A stretch of 32,000 bases of DNA from Opitutales bacterium (lineage in GTDB: Bacteria; Verrucomicrobiota; Verrucomicrobiia; Opitutales; PNEW01). Positions 16,893-26,858 of this stretch are shown in pieces. How positions within the stretch are numbered: position 1 is the stretch's first letter; each line of letters opens with the position of its first letter. Location: positions 690,001 to 722,000 of the forward strand of contig CBDCNV010000001.1 of NCBI GenBank assembly GCA_965219535.1. Direction: 5' to 3'. A model generated the notes under the pieces. That model made no database searches. It saw nothing but the letters and a program-made list of their open reading frames with translations, and had not been told where the DNA came from. A program made the translations under genes and the position numbers.

Positions 16893-18077
16893 TTGATGGA
16901 AAAAAGGCTCGGTAAAATTGTGCTCGTGGGAAACTACGAACCCGATGGCCAATACAGCATGCAGCTGTTTTCAACGCTACTGAAAAAGGAATTATTAAAT
17001 GGGGGGCTGGATGTGAATTTGATCCGACCGGAACCATACTTTGGGAAAATTATTGCTGGGACTACCGGGCTCGGTAAGATATTTGGATATATTGACAAAT
17101 TCATCGTCTTTCCTCGTGTGCTAAAACGAAATTTAGCCTCTCTGAGAACTGACGAAAATAAAAATGACCTTCCCTCATTGATTCATATATGCGATCACTC
17201 CAACTCTATATATATAAAGTATCTATCTGACTACCCTCATCTCGTGACTTGTCACGACCTTATGGCGGTGCGTTCTGCACGTGGAGATTTTCCGCAAAAC
17301 CCTACGCGTTTTTCTGGACGCATTCTCCAGCGAATTATCTTTGAGGGCTTGCGGGCTTCTGAATTCATTGTTTGCGACTCAGATAATTCACGCCAGGATC
17401 TAATTGCCCTCGATTCGAAATGTGAAAGCAGGAGTACAACTATTCACGCCGGGTTTAATTATGTTTACACGCGCATGGATCAGCACGATGCCCAACATCG
17501 ACTTAAAAAAATGGGCTTACCTGAAAATATTAAATTTGTCCTCCACGTCGGCAATGATTCCTGGTATAAAAATCGCCTGGGGGTATTGAGGATTTTCCAT
17601 AAAGTGCTACGCGATTCACCCGATTTTGAATTGAATTGTGTTTTTGCGGGCAAACCACTTTCAACGGATCAGAGAAGCTATATTCAAAAGCACGGTTTGA
17701 AGTCCCATGTTTTTAATTTTCAAAATCTCACCCATGAAGAATTGCGAGCATTGTATTCAACAGCAGAACTTTTGCTCTACCCCTCGCGTTACGAGGGTTT
17801 TGGCTGGCCTCCCCTTGAGGCGCAGGCTTGCGGTTGTCCGGTTGTTGCCAGTCAGAATGGCTCATTAGAAGAAGTACTGGAATCAAGCGCGCTTACAGCA
17901 GAACCGACTGATGAAATTGCCTTTATCACCCATGTTAAAAATATTCTTTCATCTGATGAACTAGCCAATGAACTGCGAGATAAAGGTTACGAAAATATAA
18001 AACGCTTTTCGACGGATAAAATGATTAAATCGTATATAGATATATATCATCAGTTGGTAAAAAAACAGTGTAACTGA
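16893..18077 (+). CDS. GT4-type glycosyltransferase
   Basis: 394-aa ORF with YPSRYEGFGWPPLEAQACGCPVVAS (E-x7-E region). ATG 16896 is the more likely start. It begins 1-4 nt after the stop of the Wzy fragment. Confidence 0.85.
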   Translation: MMEKRLGKIVLVGNYEPDGQYSMQLFSTLLKKELLNGGLDVNLIRPEPYFGKIIAGTTGLGKIFGYIDKFIVFPRVLKRNLASLRTDENKNDLPSLIHICDHSNSIYIKYLSDYPHLVTCHDLMAVRSARGDFPQNPTRFSGRILQRIIFEGLRASEFIVCDSDNSRQDLIALDSKCESRSTTIHAGFNYVYTRMDQHDAQHRLKKMGLPENIKFVLHVGNDSWYKNRLGVLRIFHKVLRDSPDFELNCVFAGKPLSTDQRSYIQKHGLKSHVFNFQNLTHEELRALYSTAELLLYPSRYEGFGWPPLEAQACGCPVVASQNGSLEEVLESSALTAEPTDEIAFITHVKNILSSDELANELRDKGYENIKRFSTDKMIKSYIDIYHQLVKKQCN

Positions 18078-18097
18078 AAGTTTCCGACTTTTTATTC

Positions 18098-19279
18098 ATG
18101 CGCATTGTAAGATGCATTCATTCCCTGAATCCAAATCTTGGCGGTCCTGGTGAGGGGATACGACAAATCTCCAGTGTCTTGAAAAATCAAGGACACAATA
18201 TTGATGTCGTCTGTCTTGACGATCCCGAATCTTCCTGGTTGGAAGGGAATCCTTTCACAGTTCACGCTCTTGGACCGGTCGCCAATGCATATGGATACAC
18301 GAAAAAATTGATTCCCTGGTTCAAATCAAATTATTCGCAGTACGATTGCTTAATTGTTCATGGCCTTTGGCAATACACGAGCTTCGGTGCCTGGCGTGCG
18401 TTACGCAAAACGAATGTTCCCTATTATGTTTACCCCCATGGCATGTTGGATCCCTGGTTTAAGAACACTTATCCGTTCAAACATTTAAAGAAATGTCTTT
18501 ATTGGCCTTGGGCTGAATACGGCGTTTTGAAAGATGCACGCGCTGTCCTCTTCACTTGTGAAGAGGAGCGAATCCTTGCCCGACAATCATTCAGGCCGTA
18601 TCGCTGCCGTGAAGAGGTTGTTCATTATGGCACAGCCATGCCCACTGGTAACGCGGAGTCACAGAAAAATACTTTTTTTGAAAAATATCCTCAGCTTAAA
18701 GACAAACGTATACTGCTTTACCTCGATCGAATTCATGAAAAAAAGGGCATCGATACATTAATTCAAGCTTTTGGCCAGTTAAAGAATGATAACGACGCGC
18801 GGGTAAGTAATAACATGCATCTTGTCATTGCTGGCCCCTGTGCCGATGAAGATTATCTACAATCATTAAAAGACCAGGCCTTAAATTTTGAACCAAAAAT
18901 TGCCAACCACATAATTTGGACAGGTATGCTTAAGGACGAATTGAAGTGGGGTGCCTGCCATGCAGCTGATGCCTTCATCCTGCCTTCACACCAGGAAAAC
19001 TTTGGTATTGCGGTAGTTGAAGCCCTGGCCACTGCGACGCCCGTGCTTATTTCCAACAAGGTAAATATCTGGCGTGAAATTGATGAAGACAAAGCAGGAT
19101 ATATTGAGGCCGATACTTTAGAAGGTTGTAAATTATTGATTTGCCGATGGCTCGAAACTAATTCCGAAAAATGGGATGCAATTAAAAAAAACGCACAGCT
19201 TTGTTTCAGTAGACGGTTTGCTGTTGATTTAGCAGCTCAAAGTCTGGTGAACGTATTGCAATCCTCCAATCCCGGGTAA
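18098..19279 (+). CDS. GT4-type glycosyltransferase
   Basis: 393-aa ORF: MRIVRCIHSLNPNLGGPGEGI ... ILPSHQENFGIAVVEALATATPVLISN. Confidence 0.85.
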   Translation: MRIVRCIHSLNPNLGGPGEGIRQISSVLKNQGHNIDVVCLDDPESSWLEGNPFTVHALGPVANAYGYTKKLIPWFKSNYSQYDCLIVHGLWQYTSFGAWRALRKTNVPYYVYPHGMLDPWFKNTYPFKHLKKCLYWPWAEYGVLKDARAVLFTCEEERILARQSFRPYRCREEVVHYGTAMPTGNAESQKNTFFEKYPQLKDKRILLYLDRIHEKKGIDTLIQAFGQLKNDNDARVSNNMHLVIAGPCADEDYLQSLKDQALNFEPKIANHIIWTGMLKDELKWGACHAADAFILPSHQENFGIAVVEALATATPVLISNKVNIWREIDEDKAGYIEADTLEGCKLLICRWLETNSEKWDAIKKNAQLCFSRRFAVDLAAQSLVNVLQSSNPG

Positions 19280-20409
19280 TGAAAATCACGATAGTTCAGG
19301 GTGCGTTTCTTCCGATCCCACCCCTTTTAGGAGGTGCGGTGGAAAAAGTATGGTATAGCTTGGGAAGAGAATTTGTTCGTCGAGGTCATGAAGTAACGCA
19401 CCATTCTCGACACTATTTTAATCTACCAGATGAAGAAGTCATAGATGGAGTTTTACATCGACGTCTATCGGGTTATTCGACTCCTCGTTCTCTTCTCTTA
19501 TTAAAATTTTACGACTTTCTCTATTCAATTAAGATATTCAGGGTATTGCCATCAGCGGATATATTAATAACGAATACATTTTGCTTACCTTTCCTCGTGC
19601 GTAGTTTAAAATTCGGTAAACTTTACGTACATGTTGCTCGCTATCCCAAGGGTCAGCTTAATCTTTATCGTCATGCGGCCAGGCTTCAAACCGTCTCACA
19701 ACCAATAGCCCGTGAAATGGTAAAGCAGGTACCTCGCATAAAAGACATAATAAAAGTAATTCCCTATCCGATAAACCTCCCTTCCATCGCTGATAGGGAT
19801 TCTCGACTATCTCCAAGTGATCCTATGACCTTGCTTTATGTCGGACGGATCCATCCCGAAAAGGGATTGGATCTTCTGATAAAAGCGATAACCTTATTAG
19901 AAATTTCCCTTAAGAAAAAGCTGCTTGTCCGCATTGTCGGACCATGGGAAGTTTCACAGGGTGGAGGGGGTATGAAATATTTAACTAGCCTAAAAGAATT
20001 GGCGTCGGATAGTAAGGCTAAGTTTGATTGGGTAGGACCGGTATTTGATGAGGAACAATTAGCTGAACTATACTCATGTGCTACTTTATTTATTTATCCA
20101 TCAATAGCGGAAAAAGGGGAGACATTTGGTTTGGCGCCTCTCGAAGCGATGGCATTCGGTTGTCCTGTTTTAGTGTCTGCATTGGATTGTTTTCAGGATT
20201 TTGTTGTCGATAATCACAATGGTTTTATTTTTGATCATCGCAGGCAAGAGCCGGAAAAATATCTCTTCATCAAGCTTAGGGCCTTACTTAATGCAAAAAA
20301 AATACTAGGTGATGCCTCAAGCGAGGCTCGAAAAACTGCTGAACAGTTTTCACTCGATAAAATTACTACTTTATATCTTGAAGATTTCACTTCATTGCTT
20401 CGGTCGTGA
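19279..20409 (+). CDS. GT4-type glycosyltransferase
   Basis: 376-aa ORF: MKITIVQGAFLPIPPLLGGAVEKV ... YPSIAEKGETFGLAPLEAMAFGCPVLVS. TAATG overlap with the upstream gene. Confidence 0.85.
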   Translation: MKITIVQGAFLPIPPLLGGAVEKVWYSLGREFVRRGHEVTHHSRHYFNLPDEEVIDGVLHRRLSGYSTPRSLLLLKFYDFLYSIKIFRVLPSADILITNTFCLPFLVRSLKFGKLYVHVARYPKGQLNLYRHAARLQTVSQPIAREMVKQVPRIKDIIKVIPYPINLPSIADRDSRLSPSDPMTLLYVGRIHPEKGLDLLIKAITLLEISLKKKLLVRIVGPWEVSQGGGGMKYLTSLKELASDSKAKFDWVGPVFDEEQLAELYSCATLFIYPSIAEKGETFGLAPLEAMAFGCPVLVSALDCFQDFVVDNHNGFIFDHRRQEPEKYLFIKLRALLNAKKILGDASSEARKTAEQFSLDKITTLYLEDFTSLLRS

Positions 20410-20978
20410 CTGAGAAAATAAAAAATCAAAATGCAGACTGGGAAAACGCTTATCAAAGTCCGTGGTCTGCAGGGCAACGTAGAGGCATGATACTTTGGGA
20501 ATGGTGCTGGTTTATTTTTTGTCGCTGGACACCCAAACCCTTTAATCCATGGCGATTGATGTGGTTAAAGCTCTTTGGCGCGACTATTGAAGGTGTCCCT
20601 TTTGTCCATCAGCGGGCGCGTATTGCCATTCCGTGGAATATAACACTTTGCGACCGTGCCTGTCTCGGAGATCGGACTAACGCCTACAGCCTTGGAGAAA
20701 TTGAAATTGGCGCACGCGCCACCATCGCGCAGGAAGCTTACCTGTGCACGGGCACACATGATTTTGATGATCCTGATTTGCCCTTGCAAACAGGTAAAAT
20801 CACGATTGGCGAAGATGCCTTTATCGGTGCTAGAGCTTTTATCCAACCGGGGGTAAACATCGGCCGTGGTGCGGTTATCGGCGCATGCGCTGTTGTTACC
20901 CGTGATATGCCTAATGACATGATAGGTGTGGGAAATCCCTGTAAACCGTTAAAACCGAGGAGAAAAAGTGGTGCATAG
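20406..20978 (+). CDS. WcaF-like polysaccharide O-acetyltransferase (left-handed beta-helix / hexapeptide repeat)
   Basis: 190-aa ORF. WRLMWLKLFGATIEGVPFVHQRARIAIPWNITLCDRACLGDRTNAYSLGEIEIGARATIAQEAYLCTGTHDF ... parallels colanic-acid WcaF. GTGA overlap with the upstream GT gene. Confidence 0.8.
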   Translation: MTEKIKNQNADWENAYQSPWSAGQRRGMILWEWCWFIFCRWTPKPFNPWRLMWLKLFGATIEGVPFVHQRARIAIPWNITLCDRACLGDRTNAYSLGEIEIGARATIAQEAYLCTGTHDFDDPDLPLQTGKITIGEDAFIGARAFIQPGVNIGRGAVIGACAVVTRDMPNDMIGVGNPCKPLKPRRKSGA

Positions 20979-20981
20979 TTT

Positions 20982-22220
20982 ATGATGAAGATAGCGGATG
21001 ATTCAGTTAAAAAGAAACTCCCGCGAGATTTTCGACCCGAGCCCTTTGCTTATCATGAAGAGGTCTCAGTCGAAATTTCTTCTTTAACCAACGAGGGGAC
21101 AGGTGTAGGACGTGTAAAGGGTTGGGTGGTGATGGTGCCCTATGCGCTGCCAGGTGAAAAAGTACGGGCCAGGATATGGCGTAATCATAAAAATTATTCT
21201 GAAGCCGATCTTTTGGAAGTATTAGTGTCGTCTTCAGACCGCGTAAAGCCACGCTGTGAACTATTCGGTGAATGCGGTGGCTGCCAATACCAGCATCTTG
21301 CTTACGAACAACAGCTGATGTGGAAAACGCGTCAGATCGAAGAGTTGTTTGAACATCAGATCGGAATCGATGTGCGGGTAAATCCTACACGACCTTCACC
21401 ACGGGAGTATGGTTATCGCTCAAAAATCACCCCACACTTTCAAAAACCCCGGAGTGGAAAATTGCCTGCGATCGGTTTTCAACGACAGGGTTCCCGGCAG
21501 ATAATAGATATTCAACAATGTCCCATAGCTACCGAATCCATTAATAATAGGCTACCTCGGGAACGTGAAAAGATAACTTTAGGGGTAGGTCAATACCGGA
21601 AGGGAAGTACACTTTTATTAAGGGATTCACTTGATGGAGTAGTGACGGATCATAATGCCGTGGTGTCACAAAAAATAGGCGACTGTCTGTTTCAGTTCCA
21701 AGCGGGTGAATTTTTTCAAAACAATCCCTATATTCTTCCATCCATGGTCGAGCATGTCGTAAACGAAGCGCAGAGTGAAGGGATCCATTTTCTTGTCGAT
21801 GCCTATTGCGGGGTAGGTGTTTTCTGCATATCAGCGGCTGGGAAATTTGAAAAAGTTACAGGCATCGAAGTCAGTGCTAACTCCATTCACTGGGCAAATG
21901 CTAATGCGGTAGTCAACCATGTAGAAAATGCAGATTTTTTTGTCGGCCGATCTGAGGTTATTTTTATGAAGATCGATTATGAGCCTGAAGTCACGGCTGT
22001 GATTATTGACCCACCACGCAGAGGTTGTGATTGGGAATTTATAAATCAACTCGTGACTTTTTCGCCAAGGAAAGTAGTTTATGTTTCCTGTGATCCAGCA
22101 ACCCAGGTCCGCGACCTGGAATCATTTCTCGCCCATGACTACAGGATAAGTTGCGTTCAACCATTCGACCTTTTCCCTCATACCCGGCATATTGAAAACG
22201 TCGTTACTCTCACTAAATAA
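20982..22220 (+). CDS. TRAM-domain RNA (uracil-5-)-methyltransferase, RumA/RlmD/TrmA family
   Basis: 412-aa ORF with an N-terminal TRAM-like segment, the Fe-S cysteine cluster CELFGECGGCQYQH plus a later C, a SAM-fold DAYCGVGVF motif, and DPPRRG. Confidence 0.85.
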   Translation: MMKIADDSVKKKLPRDFRPEPFAYHEEVSVEISSLTNEGTGVGRVKGWVVMVPYALPGEKVRARIWRNHKNYSEADLLEVLVSSSDRVKPRCELFGECGGCQYQHLAYEQQLMWKTRQIEELFEHQIGIDVRVNPTRPSPREYGYRSKITPHFQKPRSGKLPAIGFQRQGSRQIIDIQQCPIATESINNRLPREREKITLGVGQYRKGSTLLLRDSLDGVVTDHNAVVSQKIGDCLFQFQAGEFFQNNPYILPSMVEHVVNEAQSEGIHFLVDAYCGVGVFCISAAGKFEKVTGIEVSANSIHWANANAVVNHVENADFFVGRSEVIFMKIDYEPEVTAVIIDPPRRGCDWEFINQLVTFSPRKVVYVSCDPATQVRDLESFLAHDYRISCVQPFDLFPHTRHIENVVTLTK

Positions 22221-22230
22221 TTAAAGAGAC

Positions 22231-22989
22231 TCATCTTTTTTTATTCCAGTTATCAGTGGCAAAATGGCTGTGCACTGAATTTCTCAGTGTTTCTGGGAAA
22301 TTTAACCAAGCTACAGATTTAGGGTTTGCGTCCAGGTTAGTACATAGTCCTTGGATGAAACTATGCTTTAAAGCGTCATAGTCCAGGTTGACATCGACAG
22401 CTGAGCGATCAATCGAACCCTGGATTAACAAACCGTATCGGTTTCGTTTTAACGCCCCCCCCGCGATTTTTTTATTCGTTCGCGGGTTGATCACATCATC
22501 GGGTTCCGCGTTTTGAAAACAGTGTGTGACTGTTTTTCTTATTCTATTACGGTGATTATTATTTTTATCCTTCACCGTTTTGCAGGGTGCGAGTACGGTT
22601 GGTTGTCCATGCTTTTTTAGAGCAGAAGCCAGGGTATTATGTAATAGTCGATAAGTTGTCAGCGCTCGCTTCCGCGTAAGTGGGTGTTGCGGCGGGAGGA
22701 CCAGACTGTAAGTCCAATCATTGCGGTGGTCGACAAGCCCCCCTCCCGTCGGTCGGCGGCATAGTTGTGCCCGCGATGGCTCAATCTTCGTTTTAACCTC
22801 ACTATAATTCTGTCCGTAGCCAAAGGAACAGGCCGGTAAATTCCAATTATAGTGACGAAATCGTATCGCTTCGTGAGATTCTGAATTTTCGAGTAAAAGG
22901 AAATCATCTGCCATATTTTGAAATGCATCGCCACTGCGGTCGGGTAAGATGAGAAAATTAAAATGTGTTAATAACGATGCGTTCTGCAT
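22231..22989 (-). CDS. biotin/lipoate A/B protein ligase-family protein
   Basis: 252-aa ORF with RRPTGGGLVDH, which resembles the RR-x-TGGGAV-x-H motif of LplA/LipB-type ligases. There is no further specificity evidence. Confidence 0.6.
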   Translation of the reverse strand: MQNASLLTHFNFLILPDRSGDAFQNMADDFLLLENSESHEAIRFRHYNWNLPACSFGYGQNYSEVKTKIEPSRAQLCRRPTGGGLVDHRNDWTYSLVLPPQHPLTRKRALTTYRLLHNTLASALKKHGQPTVLAPCKTVKDKNNNHRNRIRKTVTHCFQNAEPDDVINPRTNKKIAGGALKRNRYGLLIQGSIDRSAVDVNLDYDALKHSFIQGLCTNLDANPKSVAWLNFPETLRNSVHSHFATDNWNKKR

Positions 22990-23043
22990 GATTGTCTTTT
23001 TATTGCAATTAGTGACTCTTGGGGCAAGCTTCTGAACTTTCTC

Positions 23044-24141
23044 ATGCTTACTTATAATGATTTAGTCAAACCCTCCGTATTGAATCAGCCGATATATCAA
23101 CCGGGTCGGCCAATCGAACTGGTTGCCCTCGAATTCGAACTCGACCCCAATGAAGTGATTAAACTGGCTTCAAATGAGAATCCGCTCGGGGTCTCACCCA
23201 AAGCCTTAGCGGCTGCACAGGAAGCCTTGGCCTCGATCGCCTTCTACCCGGAAAATGATTGCTATTTTCTTCGCGAAAAATTGGCGGTAGTGCGAAACCT
23301 TGCGCCCGAGCAATTAATCTTTGGGGCGGGATCCAACGAGATTATCCAAATGCTCGGTCACGCCTTTATTGAACCCGGTGTTGATGTTGTTATGGGGAAA
23401 TCGGCGTTTATCAGTTACAAACTTTTCACCCTTCTATTTGGCGGGAACGCAATTGAGGTTCCGCTCATCGATTTTACCCACGATATTAAAGGTATGGCAA
23501 AAGCCATTACCGCTAGCACAAAACTCGTCTTTTTGCCCAGTCCCAATAACCCGACCGGAACTTGGAATGAGGAAGAAGAAATTATAGCATTTATTAATGA
23601 GATGCCGGACCATCTCGTCTTCGTCTATGATGAAGCGTACGCTGAATATATTAATAATCCACCTGATCTACGCCCCTTAATCGCGGCCGGAAAAAAAATA
23701 ATCTGTCTTCGCACCTTTTCTAAAATATATGGGCTTGCGGGTTTTCGCATCGGGTACGGTTATGGAAATGTTGAACTTATCGACCTTTTAAATCGTGTGC
23801 GACCGCCTTTTAATGTATCCAGTATAGGGCAAGCTGCGGCCCTAGGTGCTCTCGACGACAATGAGTATGTCGAGAAATGTAAGGCTCTCAATCAGTCGGG
23901 GATGAAACAGCTGGAGGAAGGTTTGCAAAGTTTAGGTTACGAAGTCGTTCCCAGTCGCGCAAATTTTCTGCTTGTGCGGTTTGAGAATTCAGACAAAGTG
24001 TACCAATATTTACAGGCAAAAGGAGTTATTGTCAGACCATTAAAAGGTTACGCACTAGAAGAGCATCTACGCATTTCGGTGGGAACGGAGCAACAGAACG
24101 ACCGGGTGTTGTCCGTTCTTGCCCAGTACCAAAAAGCATAG
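23044..24141 (+). CDS. hisC: histidinol-phosphate aminotransferase
   Basis: 365-aa ORF with KLASNENPLGVSP, SPNNPTG, and the PLP-lysine context RTFSKIYGLAGFRIGYG. Confidence 0.9.
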   Translation: MLTYNDLVKPSVLNQPIYQPGRPIELVALEFELDPNEVIKLASNENPLGVSPKALAAAQEALASIAFYPENDCYFLREKLAVVRNLAPEQLIFGAGSNEIIQMLGHAFIEPGVDVVMGKSAFISYKLFTLLFGGNAIEVPLIDFTHDIKGMAKAITASTKLVFLPSPNNPTGTWNEEEEIIAFINEMPDHLVFVYDEAYAEYINNPPDLRPLIAAGKKIICLRTFSKIYGLAGFRIGYGYGNVELIDLLNRVRPPFNVSSIGQAAALGALDDNEYVEKCKALNQSGMKQLEEGLQSLGYEVVPSRANFLLVRFENSDKVYQYLQAKGVIVRPLKGYALEEHLRISVGTEQQNDRVLSVLAQYQKA

Positions 24142-24170
24142 AGCGGCAGGGGAGGGTCCTCCACTAAGCG

Positions 24171-25487
24171 GTGAACCCCATATACTTAGAACTAATACTC
24201 CAACTCATTAGTATCCTCGCGCTGCTATTGTTCAATGCTTTGCTTGTCACTTGTGAGTTCAGTTTAATTAAGCTGCGCTTTAGCCATTTTAATCAGGATG
24301 CGCTCGACCAATTAAAACAGAATAAAAGTCTGGGTGCACTACTCGATCACGCTGATGTAACCGTAAAAGTTGTTCGCCTGGGGATAATTTCCTGCACCAT
24401 AGGTTATGGTATTCTCCTCTTTCCCATAATCGAAAATTATTTTAGCGAGCTGGCGATATTCGGTTTTGAAATAATCGACCCCATTTCCATAGCCATTTCC
24501 TTTACCGCGGCAGTTTGCCTCCATTATCTGGTTGGTGAATTGGTGCCACGAGGACTGGCTCTTCATTATCCCGCGCAAGCGCTAAAAAGTTCTGCCTGGG
24601 CTGTTAAAATCATAGAAATTTTAACCAAACCCCTTATTCGTATATTAACCCGTCTTTCTCGAATCATCTTGAGGATCTTCAAAGTAGAGCCTGGAGCAGA
24701 ACTGGAAACTTTAGATATCGAGGCGCAACTCCAATCATTAGGTGAAGATGTGCCTACCATTTCTCCCGTCACGCAAAAAACGCTTCGAAATACTTTAGAA
24801 CTGCACAATCGTACTGTTCAGGATATCATTTTACCCCGCAATCAGGTGCAGTTTTTAGATTTAAATGATAGTATTGATCAGAATATCGAACTCGCAAAAA
24901 GAAGTGATCATACCCGGTTCCCTCTCTGTGAAGGTGATCTTGACCAGTGTATAGGCATAGTTCACATCAAGGATATCTTTCGCTCATCCGGTAATATAAA
25001 AAATTTAAACTTACGCCGGATCAAACGGAATATCATTCGTGTCATGCCGGAGGAATCTCTGGATGATGTGATGCAAAAGCTTATGCATTCTCGAACGCAT
25101 ATGGCTCTCGTTCTTGATGAATTTGGTGGGATTACCGGGGTTATTACCCTTGAAGGTATTATTGAAACGATTGTGGGTTCTATCCAGGACGAGTTTGATT
25201 TTGAAGAAGAACATATTAAACCAGTTAATGTAGACGAATATCTTGTTTCCGGTTTGACGCCCATTCACGAATTCGAAGAAGCACTTTCAGTCGAGGTCGA
25301 GAACAAAGAGGTAGCGACTGTTGGAGGGCTTATTACTTCGGAACTTGGACATATTCCAGTAATACAGGAAAAGCTTAGATTAAACGGGCTGGACATAGCT
25401 ATCACCGAAGTGAATGAAAAGCGAGTCATCGCAGCGCGGGTGCGCGTATTTGAACGGGAAGGTGAAGAAAAGAAGACGGCTGATTAG
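24171..25487 (+). CDS. CNNM/DUF21-CBS-CorC_HlyC family transporter (hemolysin-family protein)
   Basis: 438-aa ORF with a GTG start. It has an N-terminal four-helix DUF21 region, a CBS pair (IMPRNQV-like: ILPRNQVQFLD ... HTRFPLCEGDLDQCIGIVHIKD ... HMALVLDEFGGITGVITLEGIIE) and a CorC C-terminal domain. Confidence 0.85.
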   Translation: MNPIYLELILQLISILALLLFNALLVTCEFSLIKLRFSHFNQDALDQLKQNKSLGALLDHADVTVKVVRLGIISCTIGYGILLFPIIENYFSELAIFGFEIIDPISIAISFTAAVCLHYLVGELVPRGLALHYPAQALKSSAWAVKIIEILTKPLIRILTRLSRIILRIFKVEPGAELETLDIEAQLQSLGEDVPTISPVTQKTLRNTLELHNRTVQDIILPRNQVQFLDLNDSIDQNIELAKRSDHTRFPLCEGDLDQCIGIVHIKDIFRSSGNIKNLNLRRIKRNIIRVMPEESLDDVMQKLMHSRTHMALVLDEFGGITGVITLEGIIETIVGSIQDEFDFEEEHIKPVNVDEYLVSGLTPIHEFEEALSVEVENKEVATVGGLITSELGHIPVIQEKLRLNGLDIAITEVNEKRVIAARVRVFEREGEEKKTAD

Positions 25488-25512
25488 CTTTTATTCTGGA
25501 TTTAAATCCCCC

Positions 25513-26514
25513 TTAGTGTCCATTCGAAGCGCGTCTTAATCGATCATTAATGGCAACACCAATTCCCTCCTCGGGAGCTGCTTCAATATAGATTACGTCA
25601 TACCCCTTCTGATCTACGGATCGCAGTAAATGAAACAGCTTATGGGCCGCTTCGCTTAGATCGCCATCTTCCGTCAGCCAGTAGTTGTTCGCTTGCTTTG
25701 TCCTTGGAGGTAGCGCCTTGCGCTTGAAATAAATCACCGCCGTGAGCCTATCATTCGTTATATCTAATTGTGATTCAGATTCCAGCATCATTAATCTTGT
25801 TTTCGGACTGTAATGCTTTTTCATCATTCCGGGCGCACGCATAGCGTCGGTTTTTCCCCTCATTGCTTTTTTATCACCAGGGTCGATTTCTACCGGTAAT
25901 CCCAACGCCTCACTAAGCATTTCACTGGTGATTGCCCCAGGTCTTAAAAGGACAGGTTTTGTCGGTTCGGTGATGTCTACGATTGTTGACTCCATCCCAA
26001 TTGGGCATGGACCGCCATCGAGGATGTAATCTAGATTGTCACCCAAAGAGTCCAGAATGTGTTCGACTTTCGTTGGACTGATATAACCAAAAGGATTAGC
26101 GCTGGGGGCGGCCAGGCAGAGCTTGGAACTCTCGAGCACTTTGCGTAGGACGGGATGATTGGGGACTCTTACCGCCACGGTGTCACGATCAGCGGTGACA
26201 ATACCCGGTACTTCAGACTTTTTCGGTAGGATTACAGTCAACGGTCCGGGCCAGAATTTCTCCGCCAATTTATTTACCGCTTGGTTGAGTGAGGCCAGTC
26301 TTCCGACCCCCTCCATGTCGAAGGTATGCACGATCAGTGGGTCAATTAGCGGTCTTCCCTTGATGCTAAAAATGTCCCGCGTGGCTTCTTCATTGAATGC
26401 ATTGGCCGCGAGCCCATAAACGGTTTCCGTCGGTACTGCAACTACACTACCTTCGGACAATAGCTTAATGACCTTCGCAATGTCTTCAGGTCGATCCCGG
26501 TAGATCTTCGTCAA
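25513..26514 (-). CDS. tsaC: L-threonylcarbamoyladenylate synthase, long Sua5/TsaC form (YrdC + Sua5 domains)
   Basis: 333-aa ORF with a TTG start. It has VVAVPTETVYGLAANAF, KGRPLIDPLIVH, and a C-terminal Sua5 domain. Confidence 0.9.
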   Translation of the reverse strand: MTKIYRDRPEDIAKVIKLLSEGSVVAVPTETVYGLAANAFNEEATRDIFSIKGRPLIDPLIVHTFDMEGVGRLASLNQAVNKLAEKFWPGPLTVILPKKSEVPGIVTADRDTVAVRVPNHPVLRKVLESSKLCLAAPSANPFGYISPTKVEHILDSLGDNLDYILDGGPCPIGMESTIVDITEPTKPVLLRPGAITSEMLSEALGLPVEIDPGDKKAMRGKTDAMRAPGMMKKHYSPKTRLMMLESESQLDITNDRLTAVIYFKRKALPPRTKQANNYWLTEDGDLSEAAHKLFHLLRSVDQKGYDVIYIEAAPEEGIGVAINDRLRRASNGH

Positions 26515-26580
26515 GATTTTATCTTATAGACGTTAGCTCAGGCTGCTAACTTAGTGTTCCCTGCTTTCTTCGGACAGGGG

Positions 26581-26781
26581 CTACTTCATGAGCAGCATAT
26601 TACGCGCGCGCTTGATCACTTTAGTGATATGGCGCTGCTGTTTTGCTGAAAGTCCGGTAATACGGCGTGGTAAAATTTTTCCCGTATCTGTAACGTAACG
26701 TGAAAGTGCTTCCACATCCATTTCAGTCATATTAGACGGGTTCTTTGACTGGGTGGTCGGTTTGGATTCTTCTATTGCCAT
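26581..26781 (-). CDS. rpsR: 30S ribosomal protein S18
   Basis: 66-aa [42 protein letters not shown] matches the conserved S18 core. Confidence 0.9.
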   Translation of the reverse strand: MAIEESKPTTQSKNPSNMTEMDVEALSRYVTDTGKILPRRITGLSAKQQRHITKVIKRARNMLLMK

Positions 26782-26858
26782 AAACGGCTACAAACAACGA
26801 ATTATATGCTTAATATCAAGAAGAAAATGAAGAGAATTGATATATGACCTCATACGGT

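Noticed and set aside
16630-16952. Overlapping ORFs (88, 64 and 80 aa) around the Wzy-like fragment.
   Set aside because: They are alternative-frame or antisense readings of a hydrophobic membrane-protein segment and of the start of the next GT4 gene. There is no independent support for them.
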